Origin: Candidatus Hydrogenedens sp.
Lineage (GTDB): Bacteria; Hydrogenedentota; Hydrogenedentia; Hydrogenedentales; Hydrogenedentaceae
Length of the DNA: 24,300 bases
Direction of reading: 5' to 3'
Assembly (NCBI GenBank): GCA_049968235.1
Contig: JBMFRC010000032.1
Coordinates: 1-24,300 of the forward strand
The translations under genes were made by a program, and so were the position numbers. This document shows positions 8,048 through 16,676 of the stretch, one piece after another. Below the pieces are notes generated by a model. The model worked only from the letters and a program-made list of their open reading frames with translations. It had not been told where the DNA came from and ran no database searches. The first letter of the stretch is position 1; every line of letters begins with the position of its first letter.

Positions 8048-10681
8048 ATGTTAAAAAATAACAAAAAAGGAATATTTTTTTTGTCGCTATCAATGCTTAG
8101 CACAGGAATACCTGAATTTGACCGAATATTAAGAGGGCTAATTGCTGGAGATAATGTTGTTTTTCGAGGAAGTTCTATTGTAGATTACCGTAAGTTTGTA
8201 ATACCTTTTGTGCAACATGGACATGAAACAGCCCGTCCTGTCGTATATTTTAGATACGGGAAACATCAACCTTTATTAAAAGAATCTGAAGTATCTACAT
8301 ACGCAAATGTGGACCCGAATGAAGGATTTGAACCTTTCATCAGTCAGTTGCATCAGGTTATAAAAAATACAGAACGTCGTGCTTTTTATGTTTTTGACCG
8401 ATTATCAGACCTTTCCCTCACCTGGTTCAGTGATACAATGCTTTGTAATTTCTTTATGCTAACCTGCCCCTATTTATTTGACCGTGGCGATTTAGCATAT
8501 TTTTTCCTCGACCGTTCCCAACATACACCTGAATCCGTTACACCTATACAACAGACCGCACAAATCGTCATTGAATTGTATGACCACAATGATGACCTGT
8601 TTATTCGTCCCGTAAAGGTTCAACAGAGGCACTCCCCTTCCATGCATATGTTACATCTATGGCAAGATGGGAAAATGACCCCTATTACAGAAAGCCATAT
8701 TATGGCAAAGGTATTATCATCTATCCTCAGCACGACTCTTAGCCCGGGAGAAGGACCCACAGATATATGGAACCGTATTTTAGGAGAAGCCAAGTATGTT
8801 ATCCGTTTAGGGGACGAAAAGATTAAACAAGAACTGATGGAAATTCTCATCAAAATGATGATAACACGGGAAAAACGAATGACCGAACTATTCCTTCAAA
8901 ATTTCTCTTTAGAAGACCTTGTAGAAATAGGTAGGCGTGTTATTGGCACAGGAATGATAGGCGGAAAATCTGTAGGTATGTTACTGGCACAGGCAATATT
9001 ACGAAAAAGCAATCCCAAATGGAACCAAAAGTTAGAAAAACATGATAGTTTTTATGTTGGGTCCGATGTATATTATACCTTTCTCGTTCGTAACGGTTGT
9101 TGGTGGGCACGAGAACAACAAAAAGAGTTGGAAAGTTTTCTTCCCGGAGCAGAACGCATCCGCAGACGTATCATTACTGGGGAATTTCCCGAAGATATTG
9201 AAATGAAGTTTGAACAGATGCTTGAATATTTTGGTTCTTCACCTATCATTGTTCGTTCCAGCAGTTTATTGGAAGATAATTTCGGAAATTCCTTTGCCGG
9301 AAAATATGAAAGTGTATTTTGTGCCAATCAAGGTTCTACAAGGCAAAGACTGGAAGATTTCAAAGCGGCTGTTCGCACGGTATATGCCAGTACTGTAAGC
9401 GAAGAAGCGTTATATTATCGGAAACGGCGGGGACTTTTGGACAAAGATGAACAAATGGCTCTTTTAGTCCAACGCGTATCCGGATCCCAGCATGCACGAC
9501 TATATTTCCCGAATATTGCAGGGGTAGGTTTCTCATACAATCCCTATGTCTGGTCTGCGGAAATTGACCCTAAGGCAGGAATGTTACGTTTAGTATTTGG
9601 ATTGGGCACACGAGCGGTTGACCGTTCGGATGACGATTACACGAGAATCGTTGCTCTCAATGAACCTCTATTGCGGCCCGAAGGCTCTACCAAAGAACAG
9701 AAAAAATACTCCCAACAAAAAGTAGATGTTATTGATTTAGACGGGAACCGACTCGTTTCCATGCCCGTGCAGGAAATTGTTCCTCAATGTGAAGGGATTC
9801 CCTTAGAACTTTTTGTATCTCAGGATGTGGAAGCAGAACGATTCTATAAAGAACGCGGACAAAAAATGCCTCCTCAATGGAAAATCCGTTTTGATTCTCT
9901 CCTTACCGAAACCTCATTTGTAGAAGATATGCATGAGATTCTCATTACACTGGATAGGACATATCAGAACCCTGTAGATGTAGAATTTACCGCAAATTTT
10001 AAGAATAATAAAGATTTCTATATAGATATTGTTCAATGCAGACCTTTACAGGTCAGTGACCGTTCGGAACTCCTTTCAGAACCTGTTATTGAGGATAAGA
10101 CCAACCTAATTATTCAAACAGATGGTCCTATTATCGGAAGAAGCCGTTCTAATCAGGTACATCGAATTATCTATGTTGTCCCTCATACCTATGGAGAATT
10201 GCCAATATCTGAACGTTATGCTATTGCTCGTGCTATCGGCATCTTAAATCAAATACCTCCACTTATTACAGGCGACCCTATTGTGGTTCTTATAGGACCT
10301 GGACGTTGGGGAACCAGCGCACCTTCGTTAGGAGTATCCGTTAGTTTCTCTGAGATTAGTTCGGTCTCCTTCTTGTGTGAAATTGTTGCTATGAGAGAAG
10401 ACCTCACTCCAGATGTATCCTTGGGGACCCATTTTTTTAGCGAATTGGTAGAATCGGATTTGTTGTATTTCGTCCATTTTCCCGCTAAAGAAACTCATTA
10501 TTTCAATGAACAATTATTAACTCAACTGCCCAACAAATTAAAGGAAATATCAGCCGGATTGGAAAAATACGAAAACATTATTAAGGTATATGATTTTCTA
10601 TCTGATTCCGGAAAAACATGCCATATTTACGCAAATACTTTCGACCAGAAGCTGTTTTTATATCTCAATAATGAAGAATAA
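8048..10681 (+). CDS. Large fusion protein: degenerate KaiC/RecA-like N-terminal domain plus PEP-synthase/PPDK-type ATP-grasp nucleotide-binding domain (PPDK_N), with no recognisable phosphohistidine swivel domain
   Basis: The N-terminus reads TGIPEFDRILRGLIAGDNVVFRGSS...VVYFRYG, mimicking the KaiC/RadA TGIPxLDxxLxGG...LYVS layout but without a GxxGxGKT Walker A. Residues around 300-470 carry the PEP-utilising ATP-binding hallmarks GTGMIGGKSVGMLL and IIVRSSSLLEDNFGNSFAGKYESV. No GGRTSHAAI-type motif is present. The start codon is uncertain: there is no Shine-Dalgarno at 8048, and an alternative ATG near 8093 (MLSTGIPEF) exists. Confidence 0.6.
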   Translation: MLKNNKKGIFFLSLSMLSTGIPEFDRILRGLIAGDNVVFRGSSIVDYRKFVIPFVQHGHETARPVVYFRYGKHQPLLKESEVSTYANVDPNEGFEPFISQLHQVIKNTERRAFYVFDRLSDLSLTWFSDTMLCNFFMLTCPYLFDRGDLAYFFLDRSQHTPESVTPIQQTAQIVIELYDHNDDLFIRPVKVQQRHSPSMHMLHLWQDGKMTPITESHIMAKVLSSILSTTLSPGEGPTDIWNRILGEAKYVIRLGDEKIKQELMEILIKMMITREKRMTELFLQNFSLEDLVEIGRRVIGTGMIGGKSVGMLLAQAILRKSNPKWNQKLEKHDSFYVGSDVYYTFLVRNGCWWAREQQKELESFLPGAERIRRRIITGEFPEDIEMKFEQMLEYFGSSPIIVRSSSLLEDNFGNSFAGKYESVFCANQGSTRQRLEDFKAAVRTVYASTVSEEALYYRKRRGLLDKDEQMALLVQRVSGSQHARLYFPNIAGVGFSYNPYVWSAEIDPKAGMLRLVFGLGTRAVDRSDDDYTRIVALNEPLLRPEGSTKEQKKYSQQKVDVIDLDGNRLVSMPVQEIVPQCEGIPLELFVSQDVEAERFYKERGQKMPPQWKIRFDSLLTETSFVEDMHEILITLDRTYQNPVDVEFTANFKNNKDFYIDIVQCRPLQVSDRSELLSEPVIEDKTNLIIQTDGPIIGRSRSNQVHRIIYVVPHTYGELPISERYAIARAIGILNQIPPLITGDPIVVLIGPGRWGTSAPSLGVSVSFSEISSVSFLCEIVAMREDLTPDVSLGTHFFSELVESDLLYFVHFPAKETHYFNEQLLTQLPNKLKEISAGLEKYENIIKVYDFLSDSGKTCHIYANTFDQKLFLYLNNEE

Positions 10682-10699
10682 TATCAATAGAATTATTCG

Positions 10700-11446
10700 C
10701 TAATTGGGCTTGATTTTACCAAGGTCAATAGTAGATGCGGGAGGAATTTTTATTTCTTTGATTTCCAATATCATTCCGCGTTCGGTTTTTAGACGAAGGT
10801 TATACATACCGGCAGGAATAGGTTTGAAATGGATATTGCCTGCTTCATCGGTATGCCCATCACAGGGCCACCAGGGACCCAATTTCGGGTGAAACATCAT
10901 CAAGCCTACATTCTCATTTTTTACAGGCTGGTCATCTTTATCAAACAATTGTAATTCAATAATACTGGCTTCCAGCATCAATACTTGCATATCTTCAAGG
11001 GAATCCGCATCGGTAGGTGGAATCTCAAAATAGTTGTTGGGAAAATAATGAAGGATAGGGTCCCAGGCACGGATAAACACACCTTTGTTCTTAGGAATTT
11101 GAATGGTGCTAATCCCATCGGGACCGCTTAAATTTCCGCGGGCAATAGGTTCATCAAAGGCATTCGGTTTTTCAGTCGCAATACCCGCCATATTTTCCAG
11201 AGGCATACCTGCACTGTTTATAATCATGATTTTCCCGAAAACCCAGGAACTGGAAGCCGATGTATTTGGAACCTGTGTTTGACTTTGTACCACCTCCGTT
11301 TGAGAAGAATTCCCTACGGATGTTTTTTTAGGTTCGGATACTGTCGGCTGAGGTGCAGTATTTTTCTGACTGCACGAATTGAATACCAGAAACAATAAAA
11401 TGAGCCATACATTTATATATTTATTGTGCGGTTGTTTCATAGGCAT
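10700..11446 (-). CDS. Lipoprotein of unknown function (possible carboxypeptidase-regulatory/transthyretin-like fold)
   Basis: It has an N-terminal signal peptide with a lipobox-like LVFNSC and a low-complexity S/T/Q-rich linker. The C-terminal beta-rich segment is GMYNLRLKTERGMILEIKEIK. Its 5' end overlaps the ABC exporter's 3' end by 20-26 nt, indicating co-transcription. The start is ambiguous between 11446 and 11440. Confidence 0.55.
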   Translation of the reverse strand: MPMKQPHNKYINVWLILLFLVFNSCSQKNTAPQPTVSEPKKTSVGNSSQTEVVQSQTQVPNTSASSSWVFGKIMIINSAGMPLENMAGIATEKPNAFDEPIARGNLSGPDGISTIQIPKNKGVFIRAWDPILHYFPNNYFEIPPTDADSLEDMQVLMLEASIIELQLFDKDDQPVKNENVGLMMFHPKLGPWWPCDGHTDEAGNIHFKPIPAGMYNLRLKTERGMILEIKEIKIPPASTIDLGKIKPN

Positions 11447-13403
11447 TACGGAATTGATGTTGGTAAAGTTGATAGTAAATTCCCTGGTGTTTTAATAACT
11501 GTTCATGAGAACCCTGTTCTACAATTTTTCCACGGTCCAGCACTAAAATACGGTCTGCATTCATAATTGTAGATAGACGATGTGCAATGATAATACTGGT
11601 TCGCCCTTTCAGGAAAGTCGTCAGGGCTTCCTGTATATATTTTTCACTTTCAGAATCCAGATTGGAGGTTGCCTCATCGAGAAGTAATACTTCGGGATTT
11701 TTTAGAATAGCACGGGCTAAAGCGAGGCGTTGTCTCTGCCCGCCGGAGAGTAATTGTCCAAACTCCCCCAGATTGCTATCCAATCCTTTAGGCATTTGAG
11801 CGACAAACTCCTTTGCATGTGCCATAACAAGAGCCTGCTCAATTTGTTCATCTGTTATACCTGTATTTCCCCCCGTCAGATTATCACGGACTGAACCTGA
11901 AAAAAGAATTGTTTCCTGAGTAACAATTGCAATTTGCTTTCGCAGGCTCTCTAATGTAACCTTGCGAATATCCGTATCATCAAAATAAATAGTGCCTTCT
12001 TTTACATCATAAAAACGTGGGATAAGTTTAACGAGTGTCGTTTTACCTGAACCACTGGGACCAACCAGTGCAACCCTCTCCCCTCGACGGATAGAAAAGT
12101 TTAAGTTATCAAGGACAATTTTTTTACCATCATAAGAAAAGGAAATATTTTCAAACCTTATTTCTTTAGATAACGGTTCTAATGAAATAGCATGAGGGGC
12201 ATCCTGAATATCGGGTTTGAGGTCCAGATATTCAAAAACACGCTCCGCACTGGCAACACTCGTTTGTATCAGATTGTTTACCGTAGATAACTTACGGACA
12301 GGGTCAAGAATCATTGCCAGTGCAAGATATACCTGTAATAAGTCGCCCATATCCAGCCGATAAGTAATCACACGATAGCCACTGAATAGGATAAAACCAG
12401 AGAAACCTACCACAAGGATAAATTCTGTAATGGGTTCCGTTGCGGAATCTGCTTTAACCATTTTTCGTAAAAACCTCCGCAATCGATTTGCCTCGACATC
12501 ATATCGCTGTTTCAAAAATTCCTCCATTTGAAAACCTTTAATGATAAGAATACCCCGGGTTGTTTCATTAATAAGCGAAGCAAGGTCAGCAACTTTCATA
12601 AGTGAACGACGAACACTTTTGCGAACATACAGCCCTAACTGAATTAACGCATAACCCAGGGGGGGTAAAACACATATCCCTACAAGTGTTAACCACGGGT
12701 CCACACTAATAGCAACGGCAAGAAATGTTAATGCCTTGAAAGGTTCTCGAAGCACTTTAATAAAGGCGTTGGATAAACCACGATTCACCATAAATATATC
12801 ATTGCTAAAACGAGCAACCACATCCCCTGACGAATGGGATTCAAAAAAACCTAATGATTGGGTCATTATATTCTGATACATCTTCCGGGATAAATCAACA
12901 GAAACAAAGGCACCCACAGAACCTGCAAAATATTCCTGAAAAAAACGAGCACAACCACTGATAAAAGTAAGTAGGATAACAATAATAATGGCAATAGACA
13001 AAGCAAATAATTTGTGGGCTCTCATTTTTTCCACGAATAGAAGGAATGTTTTATCCCATTCTGCTGGCGATGTATTCAACCATTTATGAATTTGTGTATC
13101 CCATTTCTGAACTTCATGTGCGTATTTAATGGCAGGGTCCTCTTCCGGATTAAAAACTGTTTTTTTCTGCATTTCAGGAGGTTGATATAGAGTAAGTTTT
13201 ACAGCAGTTCCTAAACCTACTATCATCGTTCCGAAAGAAAAAGCAATAACAAGGGAAAGAGCAATAGATAAAAGGAGTCGTGTCTTATATATCAGTGCAT
13301 ACCGGATAAGACGGGCATAAACTTTCCACCCGGAACTCCTTCCTCGATGTTCAGACAATAGAGAATCAACTATAGGCTCTGTATTTACAGGTAAAGGTTC
13401 CAT
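11421..13403 (-). CDS. ABC exporter, fused permease-ATPase (MsbA/lipid-A-exporter-like)
   Basis: Six predicted N-terminal TM helices, then an NBD with Walker A GPSGSGKTT, the signature LSGGQRQRLALARA and Walker B LLLDEATSNLD. There is an unusual insertion of about 75 aa between TM1 and TM2 (LYQPPEMQKK...WDKTF). Confidence 0.9.
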   Translation of the reverse strand: MEPLPVNTEPIVDSLLSEHRGRSSGWKVYARLIRYALIYKTRLLLSIALSLVIAFSFGTMIVGLGTAVKLTLYQPPEMQKKTVFNPEEDPAIKYAHEVQKWDTQIHKWLNTSPAEWDKTFLLFVEKMRAHKLFALSIAIIIVILLTFISGCARFFQEYFAGSVGAFVSVDLSRKMYQNIMTQSLGFFESHSSGDVVARFSNDIFMVNRGLSNAFIKVLREPFKALTFLAVAISVDPWLTLVGICVLPPLGYALIQLGLYVRKSVRRSLMKVADLASLINETTRGILIIKGFQMEEFLKQRYDVEANRLRRFLRKMVKADSATEPITEFILVVGFSGFILFSGYRVITYRLDMGDLLQVYLALAMILDPVRKLSTVNNLIQTSVASAERVFEYLDLKPDIQDAPHAISLEPLSKEIRFENISFSYDGKKIVLDNLNFSIRRGERVALVGPSGSGKTTLVKLIPRFYDVKEGTIYFDDTDIRKVTLESLRKQIAIVTQETILFSGSVRDNLTGGNTGITDEQIEQALVMAHAKEFVAQMPKGLDSNLGEFGQLLSGGQRQRLALARAILKNPEVLLLDEATSNLDSESEKYIQEALTTFLKGRTSIIIAHRLSTIMNADRILVLDRGKIVEQGSHEQLLKHQGIYYQLYQHQFRNAYETTAQ

Positions 13404-13433
13404 ACAATATCAATACGTAGATAGAATATATCG

Positions 13434-14420
13434 TTAATTGTTTTTGATGGCTATTTTATTGAGTTTTTCAAGTATTTGTTCCGCTTGTGTCATTATATCG
13501 TTAATAATCTCTGCTATACTCTTTATTTCGTAAATTCTACCAACGACCTGACCGCAAGCAATACATCCACGGTTTACATCTCCACTAAGATACGCCTCTC
13601 GCCCTACCTTACCCGAGATAACCGGCAAAAGTTCCTCAAGTGTCGCTCCTTCCTTCTCCATATTTGCAACCGTCATAGCCGCTTCATTCTTTATTATCCT
13701 CGCCGGATTGCGAATAGAGCGTTCTACAACCATAGTATCTGTTTCCTGCGCCTGTACGAGCCACCGCTTAAAATTTTCATGCATAGGACATTCCTTCGAA
13801 GCCATAAATCGTGTCCCCATAAGAATGGCTTCCGCACCTAAACATAAAGCGGAAATTAATCCTTTACCATCACAAAATCCTCCCGCAGCAACAACAGGAA
13901 TTGATACCGTCTCGGCAGTTTTCGGTAATGCAATGAGTGTCGGGACTTCATTCATTCCCGGATGACCACCACATTCAAAACCTACGATGGTTACCGCATC
14001 TACACCAACTCGCTCCGCTTTCTGGGCAAAACGCACTGCTGGAACTTTGTGAATGACCTTCACCCCAGCAGATTTTAGTTTCGGTAGATACGGTTCCGGA
14101 TTCCTTCCTGCAGTTTCCACTACAGGGATTCCCTCCTCGCAAACAATATCAACATAAGTCTCCGTCATATCATTAGGCATAATCACAGGAAGCATGGAAA
14201 TATTTACACCGAACGGTTTATCGGTCATATCACGCGTCCTTCTGATTTCTGCCCGTAATTCTTCTCCACCGGGAAAAGAAACCGCCGTAATGAAACCCAT
14301 CCCACCTGCATTCGAAACAGCGGATACCATTTCTGCTTTGGCTAACCATTGTAACCCTCCCATCAAAATGGGATATTTTATGCCTAACATCTTTGTAATT
14401 CGTGTTTCAAAAGTAAACAT
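13434..14420 (-). CDS. FMN-dependent oxidoreductase of the nitronate monooxygenase / enoyl-ACP reductase II (FabK) family
   Basis: MFTFETRITKMLGIKYPILMGGLQWLA...AGGMGFI...KPFGVNI...IPVVAAGG aligns along its length with S. pneumoniae FabK. The start is trimmed to the ATG at 14420, which has a GAAGGAAAG Shine-Dalgarno. The track start at 14462 is a GTG with no Shine-Dalgarno. Confidence 0.85.
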   Translation of the reverse strand: MFTFETRITKMLGIKYPILMGGLQWLAKAEMVSAVSNAGGMGFITAVSFPGGEELRAEIRRTRDMTDKPFGVNISMLPVIMPNDMTETYVDIVCEEGIPVVETAGRNPEPYLPKLKSAGVKVIHKVPAVRFAQKAERVGVDAVTIVGFECGGHPGMNEVPTLIALPKTAETVSIPVVAAGGFCDGKGLISALCLGAEAILMGTRFMASKECPMHENFKRWLVQAQETDTMVVERSIRNPARIIKNEAAMTVANMEKEGATLEELLPVISGKVGREAYLSGDVNRGCIACGQVVGRIYEIKSIAEIINDIMTQAEQILEKLNKIAIKNN

Positions 14421-14465
14421 TCTTCTTTCCTTCTGTTGGTGATAATATAAATGTATAAACACATA

Positions 14466-16319
14466 CTAATCAATATCCAGTTCTTCCTCATCCAGCCCTT
14501 CCTCTGTAATTTCTTCACCTGGGAGCGATTCTTCTTCTGTTTCTTTCATAACAGACACTTTTACAATTCTCCCCATAAAACGATTTAAAATTGATTGAAT
14601 CTTCGGGTCCTGCTTTATTTCCTGTGCCAGTTCCTGTGGAACAAGGTCATTTAACAATCCCCTACGTGGAGATTGCACAGAAGATTCGTTTTGTTTTATT
14701 TCTCGATGAACAATTTGTATTTGCTTACCCGGAAAACCAAGTTCAGTAACCGTTTCGAAAATATACCGTTTTGTCTCTTCCTTCGCAAGGCATGAAAGTG
14801 CATTATTATCCGAAGGATTAACATGTATAACTACTGTTTCCGTTATTGCATCATAATGAATCTGCACATCTTTCAAAAACAACGATAATGTTGCCTTTTT
14901 TTTACTAAGTTCACGAAGCACCTTTTTAGTAAAATTTTTATCTGAATCACTCCGTTTCACGGATAAAGTACCGGATGGAGAAAGTTCCGTAGTGGGTGTA
15001 GATACTCCCGATATTGAGGATAACGATGTGGATTTTATATTTTTTTCTACCTCTGTTTTTTCAATAGAGGGGGTTTTTATCTTTTTTTTTTCCGAGGTAT
15101 TCTCCTGCTGAGAATATGCGGAACGATTTTCCTGAACCGTTTTTATCTTTGAAAATTGGATAGAGTCCTCAAGTTGCATTAATTTTTCCAGAATAGACTC
15201 AATAGATAATTCAGCACCTACCTTACAATTTTTAATAAAGAATGCTTCTAAGGCGGTTCGGTGAGAAAGTTGCGAGGTAAAATTTTGATTTAATTCCGCT
15301 AATTGCTCAACAAACTTCATAAGTTGAATTATTGTAAACTTTGCAGATTGTTCTTTTAATCGTTTTACATCTTCTTCCGGAAGGAAAAAGATATCCTCCT
15401 GTTGAGTTGTTTTAAGAATAAGTAAGTTTCTAATGTGTCGAATAAACTCCTCCACAAACTGATTCAGGTCTTTTCCGGAAGTTGAAACCTCATCAATTAT
15501 CGAGAGAACCTTAGATATATCTTTATCCTGTAACGCATATACCAACTGGTCAATCTTATCTGTCTCTATAAGCCCCAGAACATCCTGAACATCTTTATAG
15601 GTAATTTCCCCTTCACAATAGGTCATTAGTTGGTCAAGAATACTTTCCGCATCGCGAACCCCACCATCCGCAGAGCGAGCGATTGCAAACAACGCCTCTT
15701 GGGTTGCTTTCCTCTTTTCCGCTTTTACAATCTGTTCCAATAATTTTACAATATCCGGCACAGCAACTCTTCGGAAATCATACCTCTGACAGCGGGAAAT
15801 AATCGTTGCAGGGATTTTGTGGGCTTCTGTTGTGGCAAGAATAAAAACCGCATGAGCCGGAGGTTCTTCCAAAGTTTTCAACAGAGCATTAAAAGCTGCA
15901 GAAGATAACTGATGAACTTCGTCAATGATATATACCTTATATCGTGCATGTGCAGGAGCCAGACGAACCGCTTCGCGAATTTCACGGATATTATCTACAC
16001 TATTATTAGAAGCCCCATCAATTTCCTGAACATCCAAATGAGTACCCTTACTTATTTCTATACAGTTATCACACTTATCGCAAGGCTCGGGAACAGGCTT
16101 ATCCGAACTTTGACAATTTAATGCTTTAGCAAGAATACGAGCAGTAGTCGTCTTCCCAATTCCTCGCGAACCAATAAATAATAACGCATGATGTATCCGC
16201 CCAGAAGAAACAGCATTTTTTAGTGTTCGGGTAATATGTTCCTGTCCAACGACCTCATCAAATTGTTGAGGTCTCCATTTTCGAGCAAGAACATGATATA
16301 CATCATTCGGTTTCGGCAT
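14466..16319 (-). CDS. dnaX: DNA polymerase III subunits tau/gamma
   Basis: MPKPNDVYHVLARKWRPQQFDEVVGQEHI...GSRGIGKTTTARILAKALNC with a Zn-finger CDKCDNC, clamp-loader AAA+ motifs and an acidic C-terminus. The start is set at the ATG at 16319. The track extension to 16391 begins at a GTG and runs into the SRP RNA gene. Confidence 0.95.
   Translation of the reverse strand: MPKPNDVYHVLARKWRPQQFDEVVGQEHITRTLKNAVSSGRIHHALLFIGSRGIGKTTTARILAKALNCQSSDKPVPEPCDKCDNCIEISKGTHLDVQEIDGASNNSVDNIREIREAVRLAPAHARYKVYIIDEVHQLSSAAFNALLKTLEEPPAHAVFILATTEAHKIPATIISRCQRYDFRRVAVPDIVKLLEQIVKAEKRKATQEALFAIARSADGGVRDAESILDQLMTYCEGEITYKDVQDVLGLIETDKIDQLVYALQDKDISKVLSIIDEVSTSGKDLNQFVEEFIRHIRNLLILKTTQQEDIFFLPEEDVKRLKEQSAKFTIIQLMKFVEQLAELNQNFTSQLSHRTALEAFFIKNCKVGAELSIESILEKLMQLEDSIQFSKIKTVQENRSAYSQQENTSEKKKIKTPSIEKTEVEKNIKSTSLSSISGVSTPTTELSPSGTLSVKRSDSDKNFTKKVLRELSKKKATLSLFLKDVQIHYDAITETVVIHVNPSDNNALSCLAKEETKRYIFETVTELGFPGKQIQIVHREIKQNESSVQSPRRGLLNDLVPQELAQEIKQDPKIQSILNRFMGRIVKVSVMKETEEESLPGEEITEEGLDEEELDID
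15081..15091 (-). other. Candidate programmed -1 frameshift / transcriptional-slippage site in dnaX (mRNA G GAA AAA AAA AAG AUA)
   Basis: Ten consecutive T on the plus strand (15082..15091) give A10 followed by G in the dnaX mRNA, containing the A AAA AAG heptamer used by E. coli dnaX. It falls at residue about 411-413 of 617, the canonical gamma/tau boundary. The -1 frame stops after 6 codons (UGA at 15063..15061) and the other shifted frame stops after 1 codon. Confidence 0.5.
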
Positions 16320-16349
16320 AAATATATCCCTGCCATTTATGTAAAAAGT

Positions 16350-16622
16350 GCTCGCGCACCCACCTTCGAACGATACGCCCAGAACGACCACGGAGCAGTT
16401 AGCTCGGGCCCGGCGACCCTACAGCACACAGACAGAATCAACTACGGCTGCTTCCTTCCGGACCTGACCGGGTTTGTTGCCTGCCTGTTGAGTAGGACCA
16501 AGCCGTCAACACCACTTACTCCGCGCCAGCTAAAGGACATACCGCCCTCGGGAGGGAATTCAGCCTCGCTAAAGCGGATTTGCGAGTTCAGGAACGCCGC
16601 TTCGTTCCCACCTAGCGCGAGC
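16350..16622 (-). ncRNA. ffs: Signal recognition particle RNA, long Bacillus-type with Alu domain (about 273 nt)
   Basis: The minus strand carries the universally conserved domain IV sequence GGUCAGGUCCGGAAGGAAGCAGCC. It also has blocks near-identical to B. subtilis scRNA (UAAGUGGUGUUGACG, AAUCCGCU..GAAUUCCCUCCCGAGG, GGGCCCGAGCUAACUGCU). The 5' GCUCGCGC pairs with the 3' GCGCGAGC to close the terminal helix. The region is a GC-rich island in AT-rich DNA, sits directly upstream of dnaX (classic synteny), and is preceded by a consensus promoter. Confidence 0.85.
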
Positions 16623-16628
16623 ACTATT

Positions 16629-16657
16629 ATTATAACGATTTTCCAGCAAAAAGGCAA
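16629..16657 (-). promoter_or_regulatory. Sigma-70-like promoter of the SRP RNA gene
   Basis: The minus strand reads TTGCCT (complement of 16652..16657), a 17-nt spacer, then TATAAT (complement of 16629..16634). This places the transcription start about 7 nt downstream at the G of GCUCGCGC. Confidence 0.5.
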
Positions 16658-16676
16658 CAAAGGATTATTGTATATT

